Below, piece by piece: positions 40,385 to 50,242 of a DNA stretch of 64,000 nucleotides. The first letter of the stretch is position 1; every line of letters begins with the position of its first letter. This stretch comes from a virus. Lineage: Duplodnaviria > Heunggongvirae > Uroviricota > Caudoviricetes. The DNA lies in the IMG/VR virus record IMGVR_UViG_3300029305_011445. One strand, 5' to 3'. The position numbers were made by a program, and so were the translations under genes. The notes under the pieces are model-generated. The model was not told where the DNA came from. It did not search any database and was given only the letters and a program-made list of their open reading frames with translations.

Positions 40385-40960
40385 TGTGGCACATTATCAC
40401 AATATAACATGTCATTTGTATGGTTTAAACATAACAATGAATTAAACATACATCATATGTACGGCCTTATCTGTAACAATAATATATTTATATAAAAATA
40501 TATTTATATAAATAATATATTGTATCAGAATTAATACTGTAATCAAAATAATATTGTAACAAATAATAATTGTAACAATAATAATACTGAATCAATAATA
40601 TTGTTTAACTATAGTTACAATGTATCTAGTATTACATAGTAAACAGGATTTATTATAATCTCGTAACAGTAATAATACCGAACCAATAATATTGTTTAAC
40701 TATAGTTACAATGTATCTAGTGTTACATAGTAAACAGGATTCATTATAATCTCGTAACATTAGTAATACTGAATCAATACAACACTGTAACAATAATAAT
40801 ACTGAACCAATAATACTGTTACGTAACTATAGTTACAATGTATCTAGTGTTACATAGTAAACAGGATTCATTATAATCTCGTAACAACAATAATACTGTT
40901 ACAGAATAATACTGAATCAGATATTATTTGTTACAAGATAAGGTCCATTTTTGGGTGCGG
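40385..40960. repeat. complex tandem-repeat region: three ~115-125-bp direct repeats plus >=10 TGTAACA/TTGTTACA heptads
   Basis: units starting ~40587, ~40676, ~40800 share ...aatattgtttaactatagttacaatgtatctagtgttacatagtaaacaggattcattataatctcgtaaca; each contains 12-bp palindrome TAACTATAGTTA. Confidence 0.8.
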
Positions 40961-41031
40961 CGAAGTAAATTTTTCAAATTCGGCAATTTGTACAAAAAAA
41001 AAAAGAGACTCAATCGAGTCTCCCTTATAAA

Positions 41032-41136
41032 TTATTTTTCTTCATCATCTTTTACAGTAATGATGATCTGCTGTGGTAATAAGCCTAAAAGCGGGCTCAC
41101 TTCTTCCCCAACAGTTCTTTTGATTTCAATCTGCAT
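41032..41136 (-). CDS. 34-aa micro-protein
   Basis: track ORF trimmed to ATG 41136 (AAGGAG RBS) because promoter motif 41169-41180 lies inside the longer ORF; MQIEIKRTVGEEVSPLLGLLPQQIIITVKDDEEK; hairpin terminator after stop. Confidence 0.4.
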   Translation of the reverse strand: MQIEIKRTVGEEVSPLLGLLPQQIIITVKDDEEK

Positions 41137-41168
41137 ACTTTTGTCTCCTTTTCGTATTTTCTTGATGT

Positions 41169-41180
41169 AATAAATATGGC
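41169..41180 (-). promoter_or_regulatory. consensus promoter motif
   Basis: GCCATATTTATT upstream of micro-ORF 41032..41136. Confidence 0.5.
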
Positions 41181-41221
41181 ACATGAATATTACAAAACAA
41201 ATTACTTTGCAAGATGATAAA

Positions 41222-41233
41222 ACCATATTTAAA
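41222..41233 (+). promoter_or_regulatory. consensus promoter motif
   Basis: ACCATATTTAAA upstream of 41270. Confidence 0.55.
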
Positions 41234-41269
41234 ATACAGTTTTCATAAATCGAAAAACAGGAGGATAAA

Positions 41270-42781
41270 TTGATGAAAAAGAATTATGGCAGAATTATTA
41301 CTGCTGCATTAATGGTGTTGACATTAAGCGTATTTACTGGATGTGGTTCTTTTTGGTCGTTAGACTTTTTAAGCAAAGTACCAACGGCAGAGGAATTATT
41401 AGATCAGTCTTATGAAGTAACGCAGGACACCTATCTTGACGCAGATATGAAGATGGACATCAAAGCACTTATGGATATGAGTGGATTGATGGGTGAGTCA
41501 TCTGGATCGAGTGCAACAATGGAAATGGCAATCTGTTTAGATGCTAATATTGTCAGTGACAATACGACTCAGCACATGAAGGGTGACATGGACGTTAATG
41601 TTTTTGGAATGAATATGCAAATTCCGGTAGAAACATATACCGCTATCCATGATGATACCGCTACAGTTTTTGATTATAGCGCTGATTATGAAATATGGAC
41701 AATGGATGAAACGAGCATTGAAGATTCGTCATTTATTGATTTAATGAGTATTATTAAAGGATTACCGGCTGAGATGTTTGAATCTTATGAGCTAAAAGAG
41801 CTTGAAGATAAAGATGCAGATTACATCATTACAGGTGTAATTGATATGGCGAGTCTTATGAATTTATTAGGATCTGATACAGAGTCATTACTTGGTACTA
41901 CTGAATTAACAACAGATGCATTCGACGTTAGTAAGCTGGTAATGAATGCAACAATCGTTTTTGATAAAGAAACTTTAATGCCTGTTTCGTATGCGTTTTA
42001 TATCGATCCAGAATCTGTAACAGTAGAAGACGCTGGTGTTGAAAAATTTGATATTGAAATTGTTATCAATGATGTAAATGAAACTGGAAAAGTTATAATA
42101 CCAGACGATGTGATTGATGCAGCAATTGGTAATTCAATAGATTACGAATCAGAATCAGAACCGGATATCATAATTGAAACCGGAGATGGTGTTGTTTTAG
42201 TCGAACCTGAATCAGAAGATGTTAATCCGGAAATTGTTTTGGATCAGGATGTTGATGGAATCGATAACTGGACTACATATGAATTCAATGTAAATGGAAC
42301 AACAATGCTGCTTCCTTGTACGTATGCAGAATTTAAAAATGCAACAGGATGGGCGATGAAACCTGCAGATGAAAAATCATATTTAGAAGGTGGTTATTAT
42401 ACATCTGTTAATCTTTACAACGAAGCTGAGGATTTAATGTGTTATATCAGTATTGCAAATCCTACAGATGGTGATCTTTGTTACGCAGATGCAACAGTGA
42501 TGAAAATTAATCAATCATCATATAATGTTGAGCAGGGTTCACATGTAATTACATTCCCGTATAATTTAAAAGTTGGTATGGAAATTACTCCTGATATGCT
42601 CAAGACGTTAATTGGTGAACCATCTGATACATATGAATATCTTGACAATCCAGATTATCAATCGTATACATATACTTGGAACGAGCATGAAAGATATATC
42701 AATGATAGTTTTGAAGTCAATATTGTAAATAATGTTATTGAAGAAATTGAATTAAGTGCTGAAAGTTATGCATTCCAGTAA
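41270..42781 (+). CDS. acidic lipoprotein, unknown function
   Basis: MMKKNYGRIITAALMVLTLSVFTGCGS lipobox; promoter motif 41222-41233; terminator 42789-42816. Confidence 0.7.
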   Translation: MMKKNYGRIITAALMVLTLSVFTGCGSFWSLDFLSKVPTAEELLDQSYEVTQDTYLDADMKMDIKALMDMSGLMGESSGSSATMEMAICLDANIVSDNTTQHMKGDMDVNVFGMNMQIPVETYTAIHDDTATVFDYSADYEIWTMDETSIEDSSFIDLMSIIKGLPAEMFESYELKELEDKDADYIITGVIDMASLMNLLGSDTESLLGTTELTTDAFDVSKLVMNATIVFDKETLMPVSYAFYIDPESVTVEDAGVEKFDIEIVINDVNETGKVIIPDDVIDAAIGNSIDYESESEPDIIIETGDGVVLVEPESEDVNPEIVLDQDVDGIDNWTTYEFNVNGTTMLLPCTYAEFKNATGWAMKPADEKSYLEGGYYTSVNLYNEAEDLMCYISIANPTDGDLCYADATVMKINQSSYNVEQGSHVITFPYNLKVGMEITPDMLKTLIGEPSDTYEYLDNPDYQSYTYTWNEHERYINDSFEVNIVNNVIEEIELSAESYAFQ

Positions 42782-42788
42782 GATTTGA

Positions 42789-42816
42789 CACGGAGTTTTA
42801 TAGCTCCGTGTTTTTC
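42789..42816 (+). terminator. rho-independent terminator
   Basis: CACGGAGTTTTATAGCTCCGTG + T-run. Confidence 0.75.
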
Positions 42817-42832
42817 TTTGTGTAAACATTTA

Positions 42833-42844
42833 ACCATATTTAAT
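42833..42844 (+). promoter_or_regulatory. consensus promoter motif
   Basis: ACCATATTTAAT upstream of 42873; TTGTGTAAACA just upstream. Confidence 0.55.
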
Positions 42845-42872
42845 TTATAAAATATAAACAGGAGGTTTCGTT

Positions 42873-43601
42873 ATGGAATATAACAGAGCACAAATCAAAC
42901 ATGTAGCGAAAGAAGCTGCAAAAGGCAATCGTTGGCGTTGGTGGAAAATGTTAATATTTGGATCTTTAATTGCATCGGGTATTTCGGTTATTGGAAATAT
43001 AGTTTCTGCAATTCTTGCCGGACTTGGTGATTTTGGTGCATTAATGGGAAGTGTTATTGCACTCGCAGTATCTATTGTATCTGCTGCAGCAACAATGATT
43101 GCAACATTTACCGTAATCAAATTAACATTGAATATTTATGATGGTAAACCAAAGGAATTTGATCCGGTATTATTTGGTTCTTTAGATGGTACACCGCTTC
43201 CAGATGACACGAAATACGACGCATCATATTGGAAAGATGTTATTTTTATTAATTTTGTAATGACTGCAGGAATATTTTTAGGTACGATTTTATTTGTTAT
43301 TCCTGGTATCTATTTCATGTTCTGCTATTGTATGTCATTATATGTAAAAGCTGATCATCCAGAATATGACTGGAAAGAGTGTATGAAAGCATCGAAAGAA
43401 ATGATGATTGGACAAAAATGGAAATATATTATTTTTGTGTTATCATTTATTTTATGGGAATATGCTGTTGCATTTACCTTTGGTATCGCTGGTATCTGGG
43501 TAGCACCGTATATGGCAATTGCTTCCGCTGGTTTTTATCGATATGTTAGCAATACGGCTATCAAGCCGATTGAATCAAATACTTCACAGCCAGAAGTTTA
43601 A
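42873..43601 (+). CDS. integral membrane protein (DUF975-like)
   Basis: 5-6 TM helices; promoter motif 42833-42844. Confidence 0.55.
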   Translation: MEYNRAQIKHVAKEAAKGNRWRWWKMLIFGSLIASGISVIGNIVSAILAGLGDFGALMGSVIALAVSIVSAAATMIATFTVIKLTLNIYDGKPKEFDPVLFGSLDGTPLPDDTKYDASYWKDVIFINFVMTAGIFLGTILFVIPGIYFMFCYCMSLYVKADHPEYDWKECMKASKEMMIGQKWKYIIFVLSFILWEYAVAFTFGIAGIWVAPYMAIASAGFYRYVSNTAIKPIESNTSQPEV

Positions 43602-43664
43602 TAGTAAAAAATATATTCCAAAGCGAGTCTGTCATGGGCTCGCTTTTAGTTTGTAAAAAATATT

Positions 43665-43676
43665 TCCATATTTATT
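43665..43676 (+). promoter_or_regulatory. consensus promoter motif
   Basis: TCCATATTTATT upstream of the 43700/MCP operon. Confidence 0.55.
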
Positions 43677-43699
43677 TCAAATAATCAAAGAAAGGAGCT

Positions 43700-44008
43700 A
43701 TGTACGTGGGCCGATGGATTACGTTAAAACTTACAAATAATTGGTACATTAAAACAAATGGTATTGAATTTAAGTTGCAACAAAAAATCATGAAAGAAAA
43801 TGAACATGGAGAGATGGTTGAAAAGCGTAGCAAATCAAAATATTTTGGGACACTCAGTGATTGTATCGAGTGTGCTGCAAGATTAATTGCATGCGAAAAT
43901 GCTGAATCAGACACGCTTGAATTAAAAGAGTATATCAAGCTTGTAGATCAAACGTTTGAAACATTAAAAGCATTAGTTGTTTCTCTGGAAAAACATGATG
44001 AAAAATAA
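43700..44008 (+). CDS. hypothetical protein
   Basis: 102 aa, AAAGGAG RBS, promoter motif 43665-43676; 20 nt before the MCP gene. Confidence 0.5.
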   Translation: MYVGRWITLKLTNNWYIKTNGIEFKLQQKIMKENEHGEMVEKRSKSKYFGTLSDCIECAARLIACENAESDTLELKEYIKLVDQTFETLKALVVSLEKHDEK

Positions 44009-44028
44009 TTAAAAAGGTGGGTTTAAAA

Positions 44029-45639
44029 ATGAGGGAAAAGAAAAGCAGAAAATCGTTATTGTCTTCGTTTAAGACACAATTACTGGCAATGAGTATTTTA
44101 CCAATGTTATTTTCGTTATTGGTTGTTCTTATTGTAGCAATTACTGGGATGAGAAATCTTGCACAAACTATGATGTATGACAAATTTGAATGTACATCAA
44201 TTTTAGTGCAAAACTCCTCTCAGGATACAATTGATGCGGAAATGAAGGCGATTGCAGAAGAACAGGATATGATACTTTCATTCTTGAAGCAGGGAAAGAT
44301 TGTTTATTCAACCAATCTGGAATTAATTGGATCTGCTTCCGATATTACCGAAACAGAACATTCATTAGTAAGACATACAGTTAATAACATTGAATATTTA
44401 TCAGCAACTTTTGAAATGCGGGATGGATCGACATTACTTGTTAGTGAAGAACGTAATACTTATTTAAATTTATTATCTCCGTATCAAGTGAAAATGTTTT
44501 GGACCGGCGTTGCGATGTTAATCAGTGCGATCATAATTATCTTCGTATTAAGCACTCGTATTGCAAAAATACTTGGGGCTGTAAGAGATATCGTTCATGA
44601 GGTTGGTAGGGGTAATCTTAATAATGATTATGATGAGAAATTATTATCTCGAAAAGATGAAATTGGTTCTATTTATCGAAATACAAAAAGCATGGATGAA
44701 ATGTTTATGGACGTTGTGTCAAAAATGCGATCAACGATTAATGGATTAAATGATTCTGCAGAAACTATTAAAGTATCTGTAGATACTTGTCTTGAAAATA
44801 CGAACGGAATAGAATCAGCTGTTGAAGAAGTTGCGCAAGGTGCCTCACAACAAGCAAATGAGTGTACAACCGGAACAGGTGCTACTGCAGAAATTAATCA
44901 GTTTATAGATGGTGTTGTTATCGAATCAAATGGGCTTAAAGCGGTTTCTGATAACATGTTCAGATTGAAAGATGTATCTCTTGAATCATTAAATCAACTG
45001 GTTGAGCATAATGAGGACAACACAATTGCAATAAAAGATATTGCGAAACAGATTGCAGAAACGAATGAATCGATCACAAATGTAATTGAAATCATTCAAA
45101 AGATTGAACAAATTAGTAGCCAAACAAATTTACTTTCGTTAAACGCGTCTATTGAAGCAGCAAGAGCTGGAGAAGCAGGACGTGGTTTTGCGGTTGTAGC
45201 GAGTGAAATTGGGAAACTTGCGGAACAAACATCAGCGTTGACAAAAGAAATTACAGATCATGTTGCAATTCTTAATTTAAATTCGGAAAATTCATTGCAG
45301 ATGATGTCCGGAGTTAGTGAGAGCGCTATCGCACAGTCGAAATTAATTACGTTGACCAAAGATGGTTTCTCTGAATTAGATCAAAATATCAATCAATCTG
45401 TTTCTAGCATTAATGCCATCGCTAAAGCAATGGATGAGTTATCTACTCAGTCTGCAAATTTAGTTGATACATTATCAAGTTTATCTGCAATCTCTGAGGA
45501 AAATGCAGCATCCGCAGAAGAGTGCTCTGCATCTGTTGTATCTCTTAATGGCACCATGGAAGATTTGAAGCAAAAGGTTAATGTGCTCGAAGGGAATAAA
45601 AATGCATTAATTAAACTTGTGGAATTTTTCCATGTTTAA
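44029..45639 (+). CDS. methyl-accepting chemotaxis protein
   Basis: start moved to ATG 44029 (AAAGGTGG RBS); TM helix, [35 protein letters not shown]. Confidence 0.85.
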   Translation: MREKKSRKSLLSSFKTQLLAMSILPMLFSLLVVLIVAITGMRNLAQTMMYDKFECTSILVQNSSQDTIDAEMKAIAEEQDMILSFLKQGKIVYSTNLELIGSASDITETEHSLVRHTVNNIEYLSATFEMRDGSTLLVSEERNTYLNLLSPYQVKMFWTGVAMLISAIIIIFVLSTRIAKILGAVRDIVHEVGRGNLNNDYDEKLLSRKDEIGSIYRNTKSMDEMFMDVVSKMRSTINGLNDSAETIKVSVDTCLENTNGIESAVEEVAQGASQQANECTTGTGATAEINQFIDGVVIESNGLKAVSDNMFRLKDVSLESLNQLVEHNEDNTIAIKDIAKQIAETNESITNVIEIIQKIEQISSQTNLLSLNASIEAARAGEAGRGFAVVASEIGKLAEQTSALTKEITDHVAILNLNSENSLQMMSGVSESAIAQSKLITLTKDGFSELDQNINQSVSSINAIAKAMDELSTQSANLVDTLSSLSAISEENAASAEECSASVVSLNGTMEDLKQKVNVLEGNKNALIKLVEFFHV

Positions 45640-45739
45640 TAATTGATCGGAGACGCGGACAATATCCGCGTCTTCTTCGTTTCGTGATTACATGGTCCTA
45701 ATAAGTGTAAAACAAGTTCTTAATAGGAGGTGATAAAAT

Positions 45740-45967
45740 GTGAAAGAATTAAATGTAGGTGATAAAATTGTAATTATAAAAGCCGATGGTGGCGCATTAT
45801 CATATTATCCAGTAGGAACAATCGGAACAATTGTTAAAATTCGAGACAAGGCAAACAAAACTCCATTATCGTTAAATTATTTAGTCCGTATTGGAAAAGT
45901 GGAGCTCTGGTATAAAGAGTCTGCAATTGCGTTGTTAGAAGAAAAACAGTCAAGTATTGCATTATAA
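45740..45967 (+). CDS. hypothetical small protein
   Basis: 75 aa, GTG start 9 nt after AGGAGG; no consensus motif upstream. Confidence 0.4.
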   Translation: MKELNVGDKIVIIKADGGALSYYPVGTIGTIVKIRDKANKTPLSLNYLVRIGKVELWYKESAIALLEEKQSSIAL

Positions 45968-46031
45968 AGGTACTAGAAAACAAAAGAGAAACATAGTATA
46001 ATGCAAATAAGATATAAGAAAGGAACGGAAT

Positions 46032-46868
46032 ATGAAAACAATTTTACTTACAGTAGACGACCTGGTTTCGTTAAAATTATCGAACCCGGGTGCTGTTATT
46101 CGTTTGTATTACAAAAAGAATGAAACAATCCCTGTTTCAGAAGTTGCACTGTTACATAATATGGATGTGCAATTCATCGAAATTGATTCATTCACAGATT
46201 TGGTTTTTGATATTGGGATGGTTGTAGGAGAACAGAAGACGAAAGGCGAGGAAATTGAATTGTTCTATGGCCCGAACATTAATATTCCAGAACAGTTTGT
46301 GAAGTCATTAGGTATTAAAAAACTTGGCAGTATGAAGCAAAGCTCTGCAACTAAACTCAAGAAAGATACTGAGAAAAAACCAGTATCGAGAAAGAAATCG
46401 CAGCAGAAAGAAACTATTTCAAATATTGAAAATGTAAAAAACGGTACTAAGAAAGAATCTGTTAAATTAGAGCCGGAGATGACCGAGGTTCCTAAAAAAC
46501 GAGGACGAAAAAAGGGAGACGCTCAAAAAACAGAATCAAAAGAGACTGTAGTGACGGTTGAAGAAACTAAAGTTATAGCTTCGAAACCAGAAGAAACTAT
46601 TAAAAAACAAGTTGCTGTAACTGGTGATACATCAATGTTTTTAAAACAGATGAGTGTGCGTGGCTCAGATTTGGTTGATGAATCTGTTAGTGATGATGAA
46701 TTACTACAATCATTGATTCAGATCTTTAAGGATGCAAGAGCTTTAAATCCAAAAGATTTGGTTCAGATGTTATTTGATCGATTTTCTGAAAACGATGCAG
46801 AAATTATTTACAAATGGGTTAAACCGAATGCAAAACGATTGCACGCATTGGCTCAAGAAATTGAATAA
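46032..46868 (+). CDS. hypothetical protein with lysine-rich middle region
   Basis: 278 aa; upstream has a sigma-A-like TATAAT (catagTATAATgc) but no consensus motif. Confidence 0.55.
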   Translation: MKTILLTVDDLVSLKLSNPGAVIRLYYKKNETIPVSEVALLHNMDVQFIEIDSFTDLVFDIGMVVGEQKTKGEEIELFYGPNINIPEQFVKSLGIKKLGSMKQSSATKLKKDTEKKPVSRKKSQQKETISNIENVKNGTKKESVKLEPEMTEVPKKRGRKKGDAQKTESKETVVTVEETKVIASKPEETIKKQVAVTGDTSMFLKQMSVRGSDLVDESVSDDELLQSLIQIFKDARALNPKDLVQMLFDRFSENDAEIIYKWVKPNAKRLHALAQEIE

Positions 46869-46883
46869 AATAGAAATAAAACA

Positions 46884-46920
46884 GAAACGAAGCAGTTCTA
46901 TTCCGCTTCGTTTCTTTTGT
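46884..46920 (+). terminator. rho-independent terminator
   Basis: GAAACGAAGCAGTTCTATTCCGCTTCGTTTC + TTTTGTTTTG; same stem family as 48253-48285. Confidence 0.75.
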
Positions 46921-46984
46921 TTTGGCCCTAATCGATTATAAAGAATGTAAGTTTTTAAAATATCTTTTAAAGGAGTACGATTAA

Positions 46985-47944
46985 ATGAGCAAAATTCTTT
47001 TATACACAGTACAGGATGCAAAATTGACAGAGGTTGCTATTAAAGATTCGAAAATTCTTGATAGTATCTCAGATAAACACGGGTTAACTGAATATTTGGG
47101 ATACAGACCAATTTTTTGTACGAAATTAGATGAAACATCAATATCCGAATCTTGGTTTCGTGTTTGGGCGACATCACCTCGTTATCCGGAAATTATACAT
47201 ATTTTTGAGGTGGACGAATCGGAATGTATTCCTCTCAATGTAATTGAATGGTCAAATCATTGTTTATCCAAAAAACAATCTGTAGCAGAGCATTCAAATT
47301 CAATCTTTTGTGCGAATAACCCTAGCTCTACAGAATATTTAATTAAGAAGTTACCTGATGAAAAATTATCGATTCCGGTAAGTGCATTATATACGGATAC
47401 AGATTGTGCAAAGATGCTTTGTGACGCATTTAACATTCCATCAGATGATATTTGTAACACAATTGCTGAAATGCAAACCGAGTGGCATAAAATGATGGAC
47501 TCAGGAAGACTTGGCTCAACATCTAAAACAGTAACAATGCTTGATTTGGTTTATGGATCTCTTTGTTTTACAGGATTAGTTCCATTCTTATGGCATGTTG
47601 CAACTTCTGTTTATACAAATAACACGGCTCCTTTGCCAATTTGGACATTAGAATATGCTACGGATATTTTATCTGAATCACAATTTGCTCGTGCCCAGGA
47701 ATTATTAGTTAAATGGGATAAAGGAATTGAAAATGGTGATACATTTTCGACAGATGAATTTTTCGAGATGAGGCGATGTTTTATTGCCGCATTAGACCAG
47801 TTGGCTATGGATAAAATGAACCAGATTCCAGCGGAATTAAAACTTAATCGAAATGATAAATGTTTTTGCGGATCCGGGAAGAAGCTGAAACAGTGTCATG
47901 GTCGACAGATGACAATGGACGATACAATTAAATCATTTTTATAA
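46985..47944 (+). CDS. hypothetical protein with C-terminal SEC-C zinc motif
   Basis: C-terminal CFCGSGKKLKQCHG. Confidence 0.55.
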   Translation: MSKILLYTVQDAKLTEVAIKDSKILDSISDKHGLTEYLGYRPIFCTKLDETSISESWFRVWATSPRYPEIIHIFEVDESECIPLNVIEWSNHCLSKKQSVAEHSNSIFCANNPSSTEYLIKKLPDEKLSIPVSALYTDTDCAKMLCDAFNIPSDDICNTIAEMQTEWHKMMDSGRLGSTSKTVTMLDLVYGSLCFTGLVPFLWHVATSVYTNNTAPLPIWTLEYATDILSESQFARAQELLVKWDKGIENGDTFSTDEFFEMRRCFIAALDQLAMDKMNQIPAELKLNRNDKCFCGSGKKLKQCHGRQMTMDDTIKSFL

Positions 47945-48004
47945 ACAGAAGCCTGCAGTTTTATCTGCAGGTTTTTATTTACCTATGATAGTACATAATG
48001 GCAT

Positions 48005-48016
48005 ACCATATTTATT
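48005..48016 (+). promoter_or_regulatory. consensus promoter motif
   Basis: exact copy upstream of 48052. Confidence 0.6.
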
Positions 48017-48051
48017 TTTGCAAATATTAATAAAACAAAGGAGACGCCATT

Positions 48052-48246
48052 ATGGCTAAGACAAGAGAAATTGCGTGCATTCATTATGTGTGTGAAGGTA
48101 ATTGTGATCTTGGAAAGGATGGCACTTTTAGAAAGCATTGTCAGATTTGTAAAACATACAAAAAGAAACCAGGTGGCAAGCCGGCACGTACAGATAATCG
48201 CAGACAAAAAACAGAACGTATCCAGAGAAAAGAACGATATGAGTAA
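48052..48246 (+). CDS. small basic zinc-ribbon protein
   Basis: 64 aa, CIHYVCEGNC...CQIC plus Arg/Lys-rich tail; promoter motif 48005-48016; terminator 48253-48285. Confidence 0.45.
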   Translation: MAKTREIACIHYVCEGNCDLGKDGTFRKHCQICKTYKKKPGGKPARTDNRRQKTERIQRKERYE

Positions 48247-48252
48247 AACATA

Positions 48253-48285
48253 GAGACGGAGCAGTAATGCTTCGTTTCTTTTTGT
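48253..48285 (+). terminator. rho-independent terminator
   Basis: GAGACGGAGCAGTAATGCTTCGTTTC (two G-U wobbles) + TTTTTGTTTT. Confidence 0.65.
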
Positions 48286-48309
48286 TTTGAACCTAATAAT
48301 TAGTGTGAG

Positions 48310-48897
48310 GTGAAAATTATGAAACAAATAACAGATCATTTGGGAAATAAATACAAAACACAAACAGAAATGTGTAAAAAATACGGCATTAGTTCTGCGA
48401 CATATACGAGTCGAATTAAGAAGGGTTGGAGTAAAAAGAAAGCATTAACGACACCTACTGGCAAAAAGAGTAATAAATCGAATATTACGAAAGGGAAATC
48501 AGGGAGCGCACAGGCTAAAGTAAAGGATATCCAGACTTCGTTTAAACCGTTAACTAATCGTCCGGCACAAGAATATATGCGATACTTGGATTTTATGAAT
48601 CAGCGATTACTTGTATTAAAATCTATGACTTTAAAACAATGTACAAATAAAGTTGATAAAGAGATTGCGGATGAAGCGTATAATGCGGTAATTTTACGAA
48701 ACAAACAAATTATGAAACAACTGAATACGTTATGGTTTGTTGCGAGTGATGATTATTTTTCCGGAAATACAGGAACGATGGCAACAACAACCTTTAATTC
48801 AATAGAATCTCAGTTCAAAAATATAGAGAACCAGAAGGGGCTATTTTACACAGTATATGTTTGGTTTGTTGGTAAATTTAACATAAAGAGAAAATAG
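48310..48897 (+). CDS. hypothetical protein, possible HTH
   Basis: 195 aa; KYGISSATYTSRIKKGWS resembles a small HTH; no consensus motif upstream. Confidence 0.5.
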   Translation: MKIMKQITDHLGNKYKTQTEMCKKYGISSATYTSRIKKGWSKKKALTTPTGKKSNKSNITKGKSGSAQAKVKDIQTSFKPLTNRPAQEYMRYLDFMNQRLLVLKSMTLKQCTNKVDKEIADEAYNAVILRNKQIMKQLNTLWFVASDDYFSGNTGTMATTTFNSIESQFKNIENQKGLFYTVYVWFVGKFNIKRK

Positions 48898-48948
48898 TTT
48901 TGGTTTGCAAAAAACAAATTCATATTTATATTGTTAGGAGGAATGATT

Positions 48949-49137
48949 ATGTTTGGATCAAATAGTAAACAGCAGTGTGGATTTTCCACATGCTTAAATC
49001 AAAATTGTGGTATTTTGTTTTGTAGCAAAAATATAAAACGTAATAAGAATCGAGATAAGCGATTTGGGTTTTATGAAAATACAAAACACTGTTTAAAGTC
49101 AAAATTGAAAGGTGTGTTGACCGGTCATGGAAAATAA
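48949..49137 (+). CDS. small Cys-containing protein
   Basis: start ATG 48949 (AGGAGG +8); variant motif TCATATTTATA at 48917-48931. Confidence 0.35.
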   Translation: MFGSNSKQQCGFSTCLNQNCGILFCSKNIKRNKNRDKRFGFYENTKHCLKSKLKGVLTGHGK

Positions 49138-49816
49138 TGTAATAGTGCAAAATATTGAAACAGAGTTACCTTTGGTTACAGGCCGAACAATGTTAGGCCT
49201 TCTTATGGTTCAGGGCGAATTACAAGCTGGATATGATCGGTACAAAGATGAAGAAGTAGAAGAAGTGTTGATGCGCGTAAAAGAATATTCGCAATGGGCA
49301 TATGATCAAGGTCTTATTTCTGAACAAAATAAGATGTTATCTGTGCATCAAGCAGAATGTATCAAACAGATCAATGCATTGCAATCCACGCATTCATTCG
49401 GAGATATTTTAGGTCCGTTACAAAGTTTTATGTATGAAGATGGAGCAAATGTAAATAGGGTCCTTTCGCGTCAAGAGTGGTCGGCATTTCATTCTTGTGT
49501 ATGTGACATTTTAATTAACATGACAAGCCCGAACCGAAAAGAGCGTTTTAACGAACTAATTTGTGACGTAAGAAGTAGTATCGTATTATATTGTTTCAAT
49601 ATATGGCTGGAACAAAATATTGATGAATGTAAAGATCTTCGATACGGTGAGCAATTACGAAAATGGGTAAGTAGTAAAATGGGGATTAAAGTTCGAGATA
49701 TTATGGATGAGGCGGTGGCGAAAGCGATAGCTCATAAAGATATAAAATATATTTTGTTTGCAGGAGATGTTTTGCCAGATATTGTTCGAAATAAGAATAA
49801 TGATTACGTAGAATAA
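49127..49816 (+). CDS. hypothetical protein
   Basis: 229 aa, overlaps previous ORF by 11 nt. Confidence 0.5.
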   Translation: MENNVIVQNIETELPLVTGRTMLGLLMVQGELQAGYDRYKDEEVEEVLMRVKEYSQWAYDQGLISEQNKMLSVHQAECIKQINALQSTHSFGDILGPLQSFMYEDGANVNRVLSRQEWSAFHSCVCDILINMTSPNRKERFNELICDVRSSIVLYCFNIWLEQNIDECKDLRYGEQLRKWVSSKMGIKVRDIMDEAVAKAIAHKDIKYILFAGDVLPDIVRNKNNDYVE

Positions 49817-49825
49817 TATTTGATT

Positions 49826-49874
49826 AAGGTATATACTTTATAAGGTATATACCTTTTATAAAGTATATATAGTG
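49826..49874. repeat. left inverted-repeat arm bounding the ori-like module
   Basis: AAGGTATATACCTTttatAAAGTATATATAGTG (49842-49874) is the reverse complement of 51211-51244 (CACTATATATACTTcgtgcgAGGTATATACCTT) apart from the 4-6 nt spacer; AAGGTATATACCTT is itself palindromic. Confidence 0.75.
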
Positions 49875-50002
49875 AAACTGTACTCTTTCGGGTCGGATGG
49901 TTTTTCTGCCTTTTATTCCGACACGTAAGATTGTCTTTTAATAATTTTGGTTTCGAAGTTTTAAGTGTCAGTACTAACTGGCACTTTTTCTTTACCCGTT
50001 AT

Positions 50003-50071
50003 CTCTGGTTTCGGAACATCTCTGGTTTCGGAGTACTTCTGGTTTCGGGGTATCTCTGGTTTCGGGGTATA
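50003..50071. repeat. 4x tandem 17-18-nt repeat (a)TCTCTGGTTTCGGrgTA
   Basis: tctggtttcgg at ~50003, 50020, 50038, 50055. Confidence 0.8.
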
Positions 50072-50242
50072 TCTTATCTCAACATTCCTTATCCCTAATA
50101 TACCTTTCTTCAAATGTATCACTATGCCATATCTTTGTTTCAAACAATTTTGGGACAGTAAATTCTCGCATCAAGAAATGTTCGAAGCAGTAGTATTGCA
50201 GCGCACTTGTTTCGAGACTTTTTCGGTTTCATATATCATTTC

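Noticed and set aside
45628-45641. Motif-like TTCCATGTTTAAT at the 3' end of the MCP gene
   Set aside because: Two mismatches in the invariant core; lies within coding sequence upstream of the gene's own terminator.
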